Counted from the first letter of the stretch, positions 10,411-20,865 are shown. The stretch is DNA of 64,000 nucleotides from a virus (IMGVR_UViG_3300014203_000001:181714-245713); one strand, 5' to 3'. Program-made: numbers and translations. The notes: a model not told the origin generated them from the sequence alone.

Positions 10411-10866
10411 ATGATTATTAAACCACTAATGCAAATCGTAACACGTATTAACCCACTAACAGGTAAAGAGGAAGCACCAAAAACCCCGCCTGAGCTTAAA
10501 CAGTATCTACTGTTGTTACATTTCATCGAGGATACCAATAAGGAAGCTAAGGATTTTGAAATCATCACTGGAAGAAAAGAGACATTTGATTATCTACTTG
10601 AGAATATCGATTCTATCGATCTTACCCAAAGTCATGTAATGTCTCAGAATACCCCATTAGAAAATGCAATCACCGTATATAGTTTCTTACGCTTATGCTT
10701 AGAAAAGCATATGAACGAATCAGAAAAAGAAACTATTGACTACGATGAAACTATGCTTAATGAGCATATGGTAAACTTCTATGACAGCATGTCTGAAGAA
10801 GAACTAGATGCTCTTTATGAGGAAGAAATCAATCAAGCTTTTAAACCATATAATGGTGAAGAGTAA
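10411..10866 (+). CDS. Hypothetical acidic protein with N-terminal LMQIVTRI motif
   Basis: GGGAGG RBS; early-type motif at 10352. Confidence 0.7.
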   Translation: MIIKPLMQIVTRINPLTGKEEAPKTPPELKQYLLLLHFIEDTNKEAKDFEIITGRKETFDYLLENIDSIDLTQSHVMSQNTPLENAITVYSFLRLCLEKHMNESEKETIDYDETMLNEHMVNFYDSMSEEELDALYEEEINQAFKPYNGEE

Positions 10867-10881
10867 TAGGAGGATTAGTAT

Positions 10882-11337
10882 ATGAAACCTATGAGAAATA
10901 ATAATCCATATAAAAAGAAAAGTGCTTTCTTCGACTACTTTCTAAAGCAAAGTGGAGAAGATTTTCTTATGAAGGAAAACATGGTTAATCTTAAAAGAAG
11001 ATCGACCATGTTCTTCCGAGATATGGCTAATGGTTCTTTTGATATAGAGAAGCATGGTCAATACATATCGAATGATTACTTGCTTAATATCATGCTAAAA
11101 GAAGCAATGATAAAAGTAAAGTATTATTCTATCCATTGCCATTTTTCAGGAACTGTATTACAAGACCATCCAGAGTATAATAGTGATGATGTGCAGAGTG
11201 CCATTAAAGCAGATTATGATAGCCTAACTGCATATACTATTATACGTGATGGATTACTTAATTTAATACAAACTAGAAACTTAGGATACCTAGCAATGAT
11301 AGCAAATCAAATGCGGTATTTTAAGTATAGTTTATGA
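10882..11337 (+). CDS. Hypothetical protein
   Basis: 151 aa, AGGAGG RBS. Confidence 0.65.
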   Translation: MKPMRNNNPYKKKSAFFDYFLKQSGEDFLMKENMVNLKRRSTMFFRDMANGSFDIEKHGQYISNDYLLNIMLKEAMIKVKYYSIHCHFSGTVLQDHPEYNSDDVQSAIKADYDSLTAYTIIRDGLLNLIQTRNLGYLAMIANQMRYFKYSL

Positions 11338-11405
11338 AAACCACAACAGTATGATAATAAAAAGGGATATCTTTGATATCTCTTTTATTTTTTCTAAGGA
11401 GGCGT

Positions 11406-11804
11406 TTGTCGTGCAAGAATTATGTTCTTTTCTTAGACAATTATAACTTAGCAGAATCGAATCATTTAAGTAAGCGTATTAAAGAACGTACAGGTTTACC
11501 AAAAAGAGCGCATAAAAGATTTATTAACAGATTCGTTCAAAAGGGATTAAACGCAATAGAATTAAAAAAGAATGGTTTAGACTTATACTATTATCTAATG
11601 AGTATAACTAGGAGTGGATATGTGCTTAAAGTATTAGACATATACATACTAGTGACATCCATCAATGGTGTAGGTGTTACTATTCTAAATATACCAAAAG
11701 AATATATTAATAAAAAGGGAGGCAATAATAATGGACACACCTCAGGTAATAGAGCTGCGAGATTTTGTGCACGGGATAAAACACAAGAATTTAAACGACG
11801 GTAA
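11406..11804 (+). CDS. Hypothetical basic protein
   Basis: TTG start after AAGGAGG; the 3' end overlaps the next gene. Confidence 0.5.
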   Translation: MSCKNYVLFLDNYNLAESNHLSKRIKERTGLPKRAHKRFINRFVQKGLNAIELKKNGLDLYYYLMSITRSGYVLKVLDIYILVTSINGVGVTILNIPKEYINKKGGNNNGHTSGNRAARFCARDKTQEFKRR

Positions 11805-12168
11805 AGAAAGACCGCTTACTCTTATGATATTGGTAGACAATGCATATGGGTTTTTTAACGAAGCAATTCATATCGTAAGATGGGACGATGCAAAAGAACG
11901 TTTTTATGTATTTGGGTATAACAGTGTAGGAACTAATCCTAATATGGGAAGTAAAAACCCCACTGGATTTGGAGAACTATCTATCGTTGATTATGGGCAA
12001 ATCCAACAGTTTAAAGTAGTATTATCAGAAGTAGATTTTGATGCTGTATGTACTGCATTGGGATCATCTCTAATGCCAGACGATGTTAGAGAAAATACTA
12101 GAATGAAACTGTTCACCACTACAGATCCTGCATATTATATCAAGAAGGATCAAGAAACCCACTACTAA
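11731..12168 (+). CDS. Hypothetical protein
   Basis: 145 aa, GGGAGG RBS. Confidence 0.65.
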   Translation: MDTPQVIELRDFVHGIKHKNLNDGKERPLTLMILVDNAYGFFNEAIHIVRWDDAKERFYVFGYNSVGTNPNMGSKNPTGFGELSIVDYGQIQQFKVVLSEVDFDAVCTALGSSLMPDDVRENTRMKLFTTTDPAYYIKKDQETHY

Positions 12169-12190
12169 AAGTAGAAAATTACACAGGGTA

Positions 12191-12223
12191 AACATTAAGA
12201 TAATTATATATTATAATGGTGAG
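12191..12223 (+). promoter_or_regulatory. Tandem AACA-N6-TA and early-type promoter motifs
   Basis: AACAttaagaTA (12191) then TATATATTATAATGGTGAG (12205). Confidence 0.7.
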
Positions 12224-12275
12224 ACTCAATAGTTTGAAGTCATAAACTAATAAAAAATAAAGGGGAAATGAAATT

Positions 12276-13151
12276 ATGTGGAACAATAACTCTTGGGGAA
12301 ATAATGGTATGGGTGCAAATATGGGAACAGGATTTGCTAATACCAATACCCAAACCATTCCAATGAACCAAACTTTAACAAAAGAAGAATGCATTAAACT
12401 GCAAGAGAAAGGTCCTAAATTCTCATTCAACTTGACTGAGACTGAATACCTTCGTGCTATTTGTGCACACAAAGATCCTGTAAATGGAAATATCTCATTG
12501 AAAGATAATAATGATGGTACACATACTTGTGGGATTTGCCATGAAACATTTACTCTATTAGATCCAGATAAATTTGATCGCGCTGCAATTGAAGATATCT
12601 GCGCTGATTTCAATGATCTATTCCAAACGATTAAAACTATGTATGGTCCTGTGCCAATTGAAGCTGGTCGTGACTTCTACTCATTCGTAGGATTTATTCC
12701 TCATATACCTGAATTATACGAAGTAGCTTCAGAGTACTTTGGTAAGATTGAAAACACTGGTAGAGGTGTTACTGATAATCGTTCTATGCATGGAGCTAAT
12801 CTTCTTTATGCAATGATGAATCCTCAGTATCCAATGGGAGTTCCTATGGGAGCTGCAGTAAATGCACCGCCAAATGCAGATGCTAATTTCCAACAATACC
12901 AACAATGGTTAGCATCTCAACAACAAGCCCAACAACAGGGTCAACCACAATTCCAACAACCAACACAAAGTCAATTTGGTAGTGTACAAACACCAAATGC
13001 CAACTTTGCGGCAGGACAACCAAATCCAGCATATGCACCACAAAATAATGGATTTGTAAACCCAATCGGATTTGTCGAAGAAAATCAAACAGCCGCAGTA
13101 GGAGCACCTCCTACACCAGCAGCAAATGTAACCTCAGGATTTAGAAGCTAA
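12276..13151 (+). CDS. Zn-binding protein with N/G-rich N-terminus and Q/P/N-rich disordered C-terminus
   Basis: CAH...HTCGIC cluster; low-complexity ends; both promoter motifs upstream. Confidence 0.7.
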   Translation: MWNNNSWGNNGMGANMGTGFANTNTQTIPMNQTLTKEECIKLQEKGPKFSFNLTETEYLRAICAHKDPVNGNISLKDNNDGTHTCGICHETFTLLDPDKFDRAAIEDICADFNDLFQTIKTMYGPVPIEAGRDFYSFVGFIPHIPELYEVASEYFGKIENTGRGVTDNRSMHGANLLYAMMNPQYPMGVPMGAAVNAPPNADANFQQYQQWLASQQQAQQQGQPQFQQPTQSQFGSVQTPNANFAAGQPNPAYAPQNNGFVNPIGFVEENQTAAVGAPPTPAANVTSGFRS

Positions 13152-13157
13152 AATATG

Positions 13158-13191
13158 ATATAGACAGTAGATATATATCTACTGTCTATAT
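13158..13191. terminator. Perfect 34-bp palindrome, probable terminator
   Basis: ATATAGACAGTAGATATATATCTACTGTCTATAT right after the stop codon, followed by T-rich sequence. Confidence 0.75.
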
Positions 13192-13238
13192 TCTTTGTTT
13201 AAAAGAAATACCAAATTTTTTATACAGGAGGCAATGAT

Positions 13239-15602
13239 ATGCCTAGAGAAAAACTAACCAAAGAACAAATTGAAAACATAAGAGGATATGCTACTCAGAT
13301 AAGAACTATCAGCGACTTCTCTTTAGCTGTAAGACAAAACCCAGGACAATATATTGGCTATCTAAACAATAGAGGTTTTATCAATATGATACGAGAAGTG
13401 TATCAGAATAGTATGGATGAGTTACAAAAAGATGATTCTCCGTGTACTACGATTAGATTAGAATATTATGAGGCTAATCATACTGTTATCGTATCAGATA
13501 ACGGTAGAGGCGTTCCTCACGATAACATGAAACGTATTTTTACGGAACCAAATACTTCATCTAACTATGATAAGAAAGATGGAGAATTCTCTGCAGGATT
13601 GCATGGTGTAGGTTCTAAAGTTACAAATGCTTTAAGTTCTGAGTTCTTTGCAGAATCTTATCTATGTAAAGAAGCTTCTCTATCTGGCAAACCAGAAGCG
13701 CGAAGAATCGAATTTATAGATGCGATTGCATGGGAAGAAGGAGGAGAATTAGGTGAACTCCCAATTCCAAATGAGAATAACTTACAAGGAACAAAGGTAG
13801 AGTTTAGACCTTCATACGAAATTATGGGAGAGATAACTACTACATGTGAAGATGTTCTTTCTCTTATAACTTCATTGTTGCCTCTTATGAAAATAGGAGC
13901 AGTAACTGACTTCTATGGTATTAAAGAGAATGGAACCATCATAGATCAACATATTGTGAACGAAGATGGAATTGTTTCGTTCTTGGTCTGCAATACAGAC
14001 AACCCACTTTTCGAACCAGTTGTTCTAAGCAGAACAACTAAAAATATGAAAGCTGATATTGCTTTCACGTATGACTGCGCTGACACACATGGAGTCGCCA
14101 ACATACTTTCATTTGCAAATACATGTCCAACTGTTAATACTAATGATAGTACACATGTTAGTGGATTTACGGATGCACTAACAAACTACTTTAGGAATTA
14201 TATGAATAAGATATATCTTAATAAATCTAAAACAGTAGTTGTAAACAACGATATAAAATATGGACTACGGGCGGTAGTGTCTGTGTCTCATATTAAACCG
14301 TTGTTTAGTGGACAAGCCAAGGAAATATTCTCTAATAGAGATATAATTCCTTTCATCAAAAGTTTGATGATAGAAGGGCTTGATGAATGGTGTAAAGCCA
14401 GATCATCCGATTTGCAAAAAGTATGTATGCACTTCAAAGGTGCCGCAGATCTGCGTATGAAAAGTGATAAAGAAAAAGTTAATATGGCTAAGAGATACAC
14501 AGCCTCGGCATTAACTGGTTTACCAGCAAAATATGATAAACCAAATGGCGATAAGAATTTAGAGTTGATTATAGTAGAAGGGGATTCTGCTAAAGGACCT
14601 TGTGAAACTGCTAGATGTGCAGAAAGACAAGGTATCTTTCCGTTAAAAGGGAAACCGCCTAATGCTATGGTAAAATCGACTAAAGATTTCATCGAGAATG
14701 ATGAAGCTAATGGCATTATGCATATCTTAGGCGGAACATATGGTAAGAACTTCGATATCAATAAGTGTAAGTTTGAGAAGATCATTATACTTTGCGATGC
14801 AGATTTAGATGGTCTACATATTAGAACATTGCTTCTTAAAATGTTCTTAGTTTACTATGTTCCATTGGTAGAAGCAGGTAGAATATATGGTGCAGTTCCG
14901 CCATTATACCATACAATCATTAATAAAAAATCAGTTTACTTCCCATCCAAACATGACCTTATCAAATATACTCAGTCTAAGTTTAGTATAGAGAATAAAG
15001 TATTTGATATTAACAAAAAACATTTGAGTGGTACTGATTTAGTTGGAATACTATCTAGAAATTCTAATTATATTAGAGATCTAAATATAGTAGCTGATAA
15101 CTATGCGATAGATCCTTATCTGTTAGAGTTTGTACTCTCTATCAGAAATCTTCAGTTCAATGAGTTTAAGAAGAGGATCAAATCAAACTATAGATTCTTG
15201 AACGTTGAATTACAGAATGGCACACCAGTATTAGATGGCTTACTGGGAGAAAAATGCCCAACCGTTATTCTAAATCAAAATCTATTAGATGCTTGTGCTC
15301 CAGTGTTACATTATATAGATGGTGAACATTTATATTACAATATTAATGGAGAGCAAACTAGTCTATATGGTCTAATGAATAAATTTAGTGCATACCAACC
15401 AGCTAAAATAGACCGTTTTAAAGGATTAGGCGAGATGTCACCACAACAATTAAGAGAATCTACCCTACATCCAGATTACAATAGAACGCTATTACGCTAT
15501 ACTGTAAATGATATCAAGCGAGAAATCGAAGAGATCAGAGAAATAGAGTGTAATAAGAATTTGCTATTCAAAGATATAGATATTGCTGCGTATGAATTTT
15601 AA
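13239..15602 (+). CDS. gyrB: Type IIA topoisomerase B subunit (GyrB/ParE-like)
   Basis: EVYQNSMDE, DNGRG, GLHGVG, VEGDSA, PLKGK, DADLDG, RFKGLGEM. Confidence 0.93.
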   Translation: MPREKLTKEQIENIRGYATQIRTISDFSLAVRQNPGQYIGYLNNRGFINMIREVYQNSMDELQKDDSPCTTIRLEYYEANHTVIVSDNGRGVPHDNMKRIFTEPNTSSNYDKKDGEFSAGLHGVGSKVTNALSSEFFAESYLCKEASLSGKPEARRIEFIDAIAWEEGGELGELPIPNENNLQGTKVEFRPSYEIMGEITTTCEDVLSLITSLLPLMKIGAVTDFYGIKENGTIIDQHIVNEDGIVSFLVCNTDNPLFEPVVLSRTTKNMKADIAFTYDCADTHGVANILSFANTCPTVNTNDSTHVSGFTDALTNYFRNYMNKIYLNKSKTVVVNNDIKYGLRAVVSVSHIKPLFSGQAKEIFSNRDIIPFIKSLMIEGLDEWCKARSSDLQKVCMHFKGAADLRMKSDKEKVNMAKRYTASALTGLPAKYDKPNGDKNLELIIVEGDSAKGPCETARCAERQGIFPLKGKPPNAMVKSTKDFIENDEANGIMHILGGTYGKNFDINKCKFEKIIILCDADLDGLHIRTLLLKMFLVYYVPLVEAGRIYGAVPPLYHTIINKKSVYFPSKHDLIKYTQSKFSIENKVFDINKKHLSGTDLVGILSRNSNYIRDLNIVADNYAIDPYLLEFVLSIRNLQFNEFKKRIKSNYRFLNVELQNGTPVLDGLLGEKCPTVILNQNLLDACAPVLHYIDGEHLYYNINGEQTSLYGLMNKFSAYQPAKIDRFKGLGEMSPQQLRESTLHPDYNRTLLRYTVNDIKREIEEIREIECNKNLLFKDIDIAAYEF

Positions 15603-15799
15603 GATATACCCCTTATCCCAAGTGGATAAGGGGATACTTTTATTTTACTTATCAAGAGGTAATTAATAATGATTCTAGTTTATACATTTTCTTATGTATA
15701 AGAGAATATGGATTTTTATGTAAAGATTAAATGATTACATAACCGTATACATTTTCATAAGGCAGAATAAATAACCGAATAAAGAGAGGAAGAATAAGT

Positions 15800-16756
15800 A
15801 TGTTAAAAAAGATTTATGATGGAGAAAGATTAGTAAGAGTAGTTTCAGACAACGTAGGAAAGGCTCTAAAGTTCTTTAGAACTCAAGAGAAGATAGTAGT
15901 ATTTCATCATGATGATGCAGATGGAAAACTAGGAGGAAGAATGGTCTATGAAGCTTTTAGATTAGATAATACTAAAAGATTTCATTGCTGTAACTATGGA
16001 ACAAAAATGCCAAATCCAAATATGGTAAAAGAGGGAGATGTAGTATTTATTGTAGACTATTGTATCCCAACAGATCAGTTAAGAGAAATTACAGAAGTTG
16101 CTAGTTTAGTAGTATTCCTAGATCATCACAAGACTGCTATGGATATGGTAGCCAAAGACTTCGAATACTATTCTAAATTAGTAGAAGAAGATAAACTTAT
16201 CATTGACTTAGATATGGGACGATGTGGCGCTAAAATTGCAAGCGAATATTTTATTAGCATTGGACTAGATAAAGGATGGAACGAAAAAGTTGTTGATTTA
16301 GTAGATAAGTATGATAGATGGACAAAAGAAGATCCGAGAGCAGATTACTTAAATCAGTTCATCTATAACAGCAGTATGTCATATGTGAATTCTCAAATGT
16401 GGTATGATCTACTATATGACGAAGAATATTTCCAGAGAGCAATCTCTATTGGTAAAGAATTCTTCGATATCAATCTACATAAGAACGAATTAACGTTTAG
16501 AAGCTTTGCTAAAGAAACTGAGTTCCATGGATTGAAAATCTCTGTTATTGAAGGATTTGGAAATTCTCAATTATTCGGAGATCATATCGATGATTATGAT
16601 GCAGTTTGCGTATTTCATATTACCAATAACGGCAAATGGCAGCATTCAATCTATTCATCCAAACCAGGATCTGGTTTGAATAAGATCGCAGAAATATATG
16701 GTGGGGGTGGTCACAAATCAGCCGCAGGTTTCATATTGGACGAAAGGATATTCTAG
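15800..16756 (+). CDS. DHH/DHHA1 phosphoesterase (NrnB-like)
   Basis: HHDDADG, DHHK, GGGHKSAAGF. Confidence 0.85.
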   Translation: MLKKIYDGERLVRVVSDNVGKALKFFRTQEKIVVFHHDDADGKLGGRMVYEAFRLDNTKRFHCCNYGTKMPNPNMVKEGDVVFIVDYCIPTDQLREITEVASLVVFLDHHKTAMDMVAKDFEYYSKLVEEDKLIIDLDMGRCGAKIASEYFISIGLDKGWNEKVVDLVDKYDRWTKEDPRADYLNQFIYNSSMSYVNSQMWYDLLYDEEYFQRAISIGKEFFDINLHKNELTFRSFAKETEFHGLKISVIEGFGNSQLFGDHIDDYDAVCVFHITNNGKWQHSIYSSKPGSGLNKIAEIYGGGGHKSAAGFILDERIF

Positions 16757-16818
16757 ATTACATACAAAAAGGCATCGTTAAGATGCCTTTATTTTTTATA
16801 AATAAAGGAGATACTACC

Positions 16819-17778
16819 ATGATTACTTATATTAAAAAAAGAGACGGTAAAGTAACGGACTTCAATGAAAGAAAAATCTCCAATGCAATTCTAGGAGCAA
16901 TGAAAGAAGTATGGGGAAAAGAAATTAAAGCATCTACTCAAGCTAATAGAGCTGCTAGTATTGCTAAAGATATAGCTAATGCTATGGAAGAATCAGTTGT
17001 AGAAGTAGAGAAAATTCAAGACTTAGTAGAAGATAAACTAATGAAGAAATTCCCTGAAGTTGCTAAAGCATATATTAAATATAGACAAGAACGTACTCGT
17101 ATTAGAGAGATGAATAGCGATATCAATAAGCATATTAAAGAAGCATTGAGCTGTTCTAATGTGCAAAATTCTAATGCTAATTTAGATGAATATTCATTTG
17201 GCGGTAGAAAGAACGAAGCATCTAATATTATTCAAAAAGAGTTGGCATTGAGAGATTTCATTTCTCCAGACGTAGCAGATGCTCATAGAAATAATGATCT
17301 TTATATACATGATTTATCTGAATATACAGTTGGCATGAGCAATTGCATGTTTATCGATTTTGGGAGATTGCTACGTTGTGGGTTTGGTACTAGAAATGGC
17401 GATGTACGACCAGCTAATACATTTGCAACTGCTTGCCAACTAGTGGCAGTAATAGCACAATGCACAAGTCAAACTATCTTTGGCGGTGTAGCTAGTTCTA
17501 GTTTAGATCATGAGTTAGCACCATATGTAAGAAAAAGTTTCTTGAAGCATTACAAAAAAGGTTTAAAATATGCCGATAGAAGAAAGTCAAAAACGTGGAA
17601 AGATTTTGATATACTTTATAATCGTGTATCTAAAACAGCTTCTATTATTGCTAAAGGTAATATTTTTAAAAATTATTCTAATGCCGCATATGAATATGCT
17701 ATAGATCTTTTAGAAGAAGAGGGATTACAAGCCACACAGGCATTATACCATAACTTAAATACTTTGGAATCTCGTGCT
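16819..17778 (+). CDS. nrdD: Anaerobic ribonucleotide reductase NrdD, exon 1
   Basis: ATP-cone (IKKRDG), YIHDL, NCMFID, ends NLNTLESRA; AAGGAG RBS. Confidence 0.92.
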
Positions 17779-19098
17779 TAACGTTGAGCGTGGGCACCTT
17801 ATACGGCGACGTATATGTAAAAACTCGTGAACGTAGAAATCTACGGTGTGTTATCGAATATTTCATTTGTATTAACTGCAGGAAATGGCAGCTAACGATA
17901 ATGCTAACTGGGAACGTTTAAGTTTTTATATGGTATTATACATCATATAAAAATAAAATAATCCAGTGCTAAGCTGTATTGTAGTGAGAGGTGTAGTAAA
18001 AATGGCATCGATACCATTAAAAGAATCAGACTATGTAGGAAAGATTTATGGGAATCTTACAGTATTAAAATTCGATGGATACCGAGGAAACTCAACTAGT
18101 TTATGCGTATCAGTAGAATGTAAATGTGGAAATACCAAGTCTGTCCAACTTGGTAGTTTAAAACGCGGAACAACTAGAAGCTGTGGCTGTTTGAACAGAG
18201 TTAAAGTGGATGATTATATAGGAAAAACATATAATCGACTAACTGTTTTTGGGCATCATAGAAACGAGACGGGAGACTTATTCCTAGATTGTGATTGTAA
18301 GTGTGGGAATACAGCATCTATCCGATTTTATGATGTACTCAGATCAGCGACTAAAAGCTGTGGGTGTTTAATTGCGGAAACGAATTCTATAAATAACAAA
18401 GCTAGAAAACAATATAATGAATTCGAATATATAGATGAAGATACTGTTAAAGTATGGCTATCTAACTGCAATGAATTTATGATCTGCGACTCTTCAACTT
18501 GGGATGTATTACGATATTATCTGTGGAGAAAACATCACGAAGGATATGCCACTGCCGATTTAGATGACGGTAGGATAGTTGCGTATCATGTTGTAATATT
18601 AGAATGCCCAACTGGATATGTAAGAGATCATATAAATCGAAATAGATTAGATAATAGATATTCTAATTTAAGAGTTGTAACACCTACAGCCAATGCTATA
18701 AATAGAACGCTTCTAGATAAAAACAAATCTGGACATCCTGGGGTCTATTTCGATAAATCTCGTAATAGATGGAGAAGTTTTTACGCAGATCCCATAACTA
18801 AACAAACAAAATTTTCTGATTTTACTACATATGAAGATGCTCTAAAAGATAGAATAGAAAAAGAGCAAACTTACTATAAGATAGAAAGTCTAACGACTAA
18901 CAAAATTATTAATATCCCCATAGTTAGTAGAATAATAGCAGAACGGGTTAATATTAATAAGAGTAGATAGCTTAAGGGTGAAATTCCCTTAGGTGAAGCG
19001 CGAGACTCTCATGGTAGTCATTTGTATCATGAGATGATGATATAGTCTATTCCCCTAATAAATATCGGGAAACCGAGGGTACAACGAGAAGGAATAAG
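17779..19098 (+). mobile_element. Group I intron in nrdD
   Basis: Splicing restores LESRA|GAQLPFSSIDFG; P1 GUGCU/GGCAC with U-G at the 5' splice site; P10 GUUGAGCGU pairs with exon 2 GCGCUCAAC; P7 elements GAGACU and GAUAUAGUC; terminal G at 19098. Confidence 0.9.
18002..18970 (+). CDS. Intron-encoded HNH homing endonuclease with AP2 domain
   Basis: Two CKCG...SCGC repeats, DHINRNRLDNRYSNLR (HNH), SGHPGVYFDKSRNRW (AP2); GAGGTG RBS. Confidence 0.9.
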   Translation: MASIPLKESDYVGKIYGNLTVLKFDGYRGNSTSLCVSVECKCGNTKSVQLGSLKRGTTRSCGCLNRVKVDDYIGKTYNRLTVFGHHRNETGDLFLDCDCKCGNTASIRFYDVLRSATKSCGCLIAETNSINNKARKQYNEFEYIDEDTVKVWLSNCNEFMICDSSTWDVLRYYLWRKHHEGYATADLDDGRIVAYHVVILECPTGYVRDHINRNRLDNRYSNLRVVTPTANAINRTLLDKNKSGHPGVYFDKSRNRWRSFYADPITKQTKFSDFTTYEDALKDRIEKEQTYYKIESLTTNKIINIPIVSRIIAERVNINKSR

Positions 19099-20763
19099 GG
19101 CGCTCAACTCCCCTTCTCATCAATTGATTTCGGAGATGATACTTCATTCGAAGGTAGAAAAATTACAGAGTGGTGTTTACGCGCTTCTATTGAAGGAATA
19201 GGAGAATTTCACCAAACTCCGATTTTTCCAATCTCAGTTTTTAAGCATAAGAAGGATATTAATGACAGACCAGGAACACCTAATTATGATCTAAAACAGT
19301 TAGCAATAAAATCTTTATGTAAATCTATATATCCTAATATGGTAAATAGTGATTGGTCTATGAACTGTGCAGATAAATTACTTACTCAATATATTATTTC
19401 AGATGATAACATTCCAAAGGATGCCCTACTTAATATTAGAATCGGAAATAAATTTCATAAAAGAATAAAAGCTAACGAGTTATGGGATAAAATTGTAGAA
19501 TTAGATGATGCTAAGATTAGCCATACTTATCATATAAATGGCACTATATCTATAGATTTGAGATTTACTGATACTATTGTTTGCATCGATGATAAAAATA
19601 GTCAATATAAAGATTATTCATTATCTGTAGATGAATGTATGGCTAAGATAAACTATATTTCAATGGATAAATTTTCTTATAGTATAACTACTGATAGTTT
19701 TGGATTTGATTATAATGAAAACGAACACTATCAACATCCAATTCCCGATTATGATTATGATACAGAAATGGCAACTATGGGATGCAGAACTTTAATAGGA
19801 TATGATGTTAATGGCATGGGATATAAAAAAACAGGTAGAGGAAATGTAACTCCTGTTACTATTAACTTAGCTAAGATCGGTCTGGACTATGGTATTGCAC
19901 TAGGTAAAAGAGCAGAAGCGGATATCGATGGGTTTGCGACCAAACTAAACTGTATGTTAGAACTAGCAGAAAAGGCTTTATTAAATAGATTTAATTATAT
20001 ATGCTCTCAGAATTATAAATCTGGTAGGTTTATGTATGTAAATGGCGTAATAGCCGATTCTAAAGCTAGTATAGAAAAAGGTATATTTGAATCTATGAAA
20101 CATGGAACTAATGCCATTGGTTATATTGGTGTTGGCGAAGCGATGTACGCACTTTTTGGTAAATATCATAACCAAGACAAGATAGTATTAGAATTTGCAA
20201 TTAAAGTTGTAGAAACTATACATAATTATGCTAAAGATGCTACTGCTCGTAATCACCTTAATTTCAGTGCATATGCGACTCCCGCCGAGGGCGCAAGTCA
20301 TACTATATGTAAAAACTTACAAAAAGAATATGGTAAAATCTCTGGTGTTTGTGATAGAGAATATATCACAAATTCACATCACGTGCCAGTATTTGAACAC
20401 GTATCAATATACGATAAAATTGATATTGAAAGCAAGTTTACTAAATACCCAGGCGGCGGGTGTATTACATATATTGAGATGGAATCTAATGTAATGAATA
20501 ACCCATCTGCGGTGGAGAAAGTAATAAACTTTGCTATGAGTAAAGATATACCATACTTCGCAATTAATTTTCCAATAGATAATTGTACTGAATGTGGATT
20601 CTCTTCAGAGATAGAAAATACTTGCCCTAAATGTGGCGCATCTTCTATATCTCGTCTACGCAGAGTTTCGGGCTACCTATCGACTTCCGTAGACAAGTTC
20701 AATAAAGGAAAACAAGCTGAGTGTAAGGATAGGTATAAACACTCTAAGAAAACAAAATTATAA
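19099..20763 (+). CDS. nrdD: Anaerobic ribonucleotide reductase NrdD, exon 2
   Basis: GAQLPFSSI, TPIFP, YPN, TMGCRT, GRGN, ATPAE, YITNSHH, CxxC-CxxC, RRVSGYL glycyl-radical motif. Confidence 0.92.
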   Translation, partial: GAQLPFSSIDFGDDTSFEGRKITEWCLRASIEGIGEFHQTPIFPISVFKHKKDINDRPGTPNYDLKQLAIKSLCKSIYPNMVNSDWSMNCADKLLTQYIISDDNIPKDALLNIRIGNKFHKRIKANELWDKIVELDDAKISHTYHINGTISIDLRFTDTIVCIDDKNSQYKDYSLSVDECMAKINYISMDKFSYSITTDSFGFDYNENEHYQHPIPDYDYDTEMATMGCRTLIGYDVNGMGYKKTGRGNVTPVTINLAKIGLDYGIALGKRAEADIDGFATKLNCMLELAEKALLNRFNYICSQNYKSGRFMYVNGVIADSKASIEKGIFESMKHGTNAIGYIGVGEAMYALFGKYHNQDKIVLEFAIKVVETIHNYAKDATARNHLNFSAYATPAEGASHTICKNLQKEYGKISGVCDREYITNSHHVPVFEHVSIYDKIDIESKFTKYPGGGCITYIEMESNVMNNPSAVEKVINFAMSKDIPYFAINFPIDNCTECGFSSEIENTCPKCGASSISRLRRVSGYLSTSVDKFNKGKQAECKDRYKHSKKTKL

Positions 20764-20766
20764 GAT

Positions 20767-20800
20767 ATACCCATGTAGATTATCTACATGGGTATTCTTC
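20767..20800 (+). terminator. Intrinsic terminator
   Basis: ATACCCATGTAGAT-t-ATCTACATGGGTAT after nrdD. Confidence 0.75.
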
Positions 20801-20808
20801 TCTATAGT

Positions 20809-20827
20809 TATATATTATATAGATGAG
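20809..20827 (+). promoter_or_regulatory. Early-type phage promoter motif
   Basis: TATATATTATATAGATGAG. Confidence 0.75.
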
Positions 20828-20865
20828 CAATATTAAATTGCATCAAACTTTAGGAGAGATGTAAA

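Noticed and set aside
11406-11804. SNHLSKRIKER as a ribonuclease toxin signature
   Set aside because: The resemblance is too short to support a functional call.
17776-17781. Stop codon readthrough or an alternative genetic code at the nrdD TAA
   Set aside because: Fully explained by the group I intron; other core genes are intact in the standard code.
19366-19716. Functional intein in NrdD
   Set aside because: Lacks the block B His and the terminal His-Asn followed by Cys/Ser/Thr; reported only as a relic.
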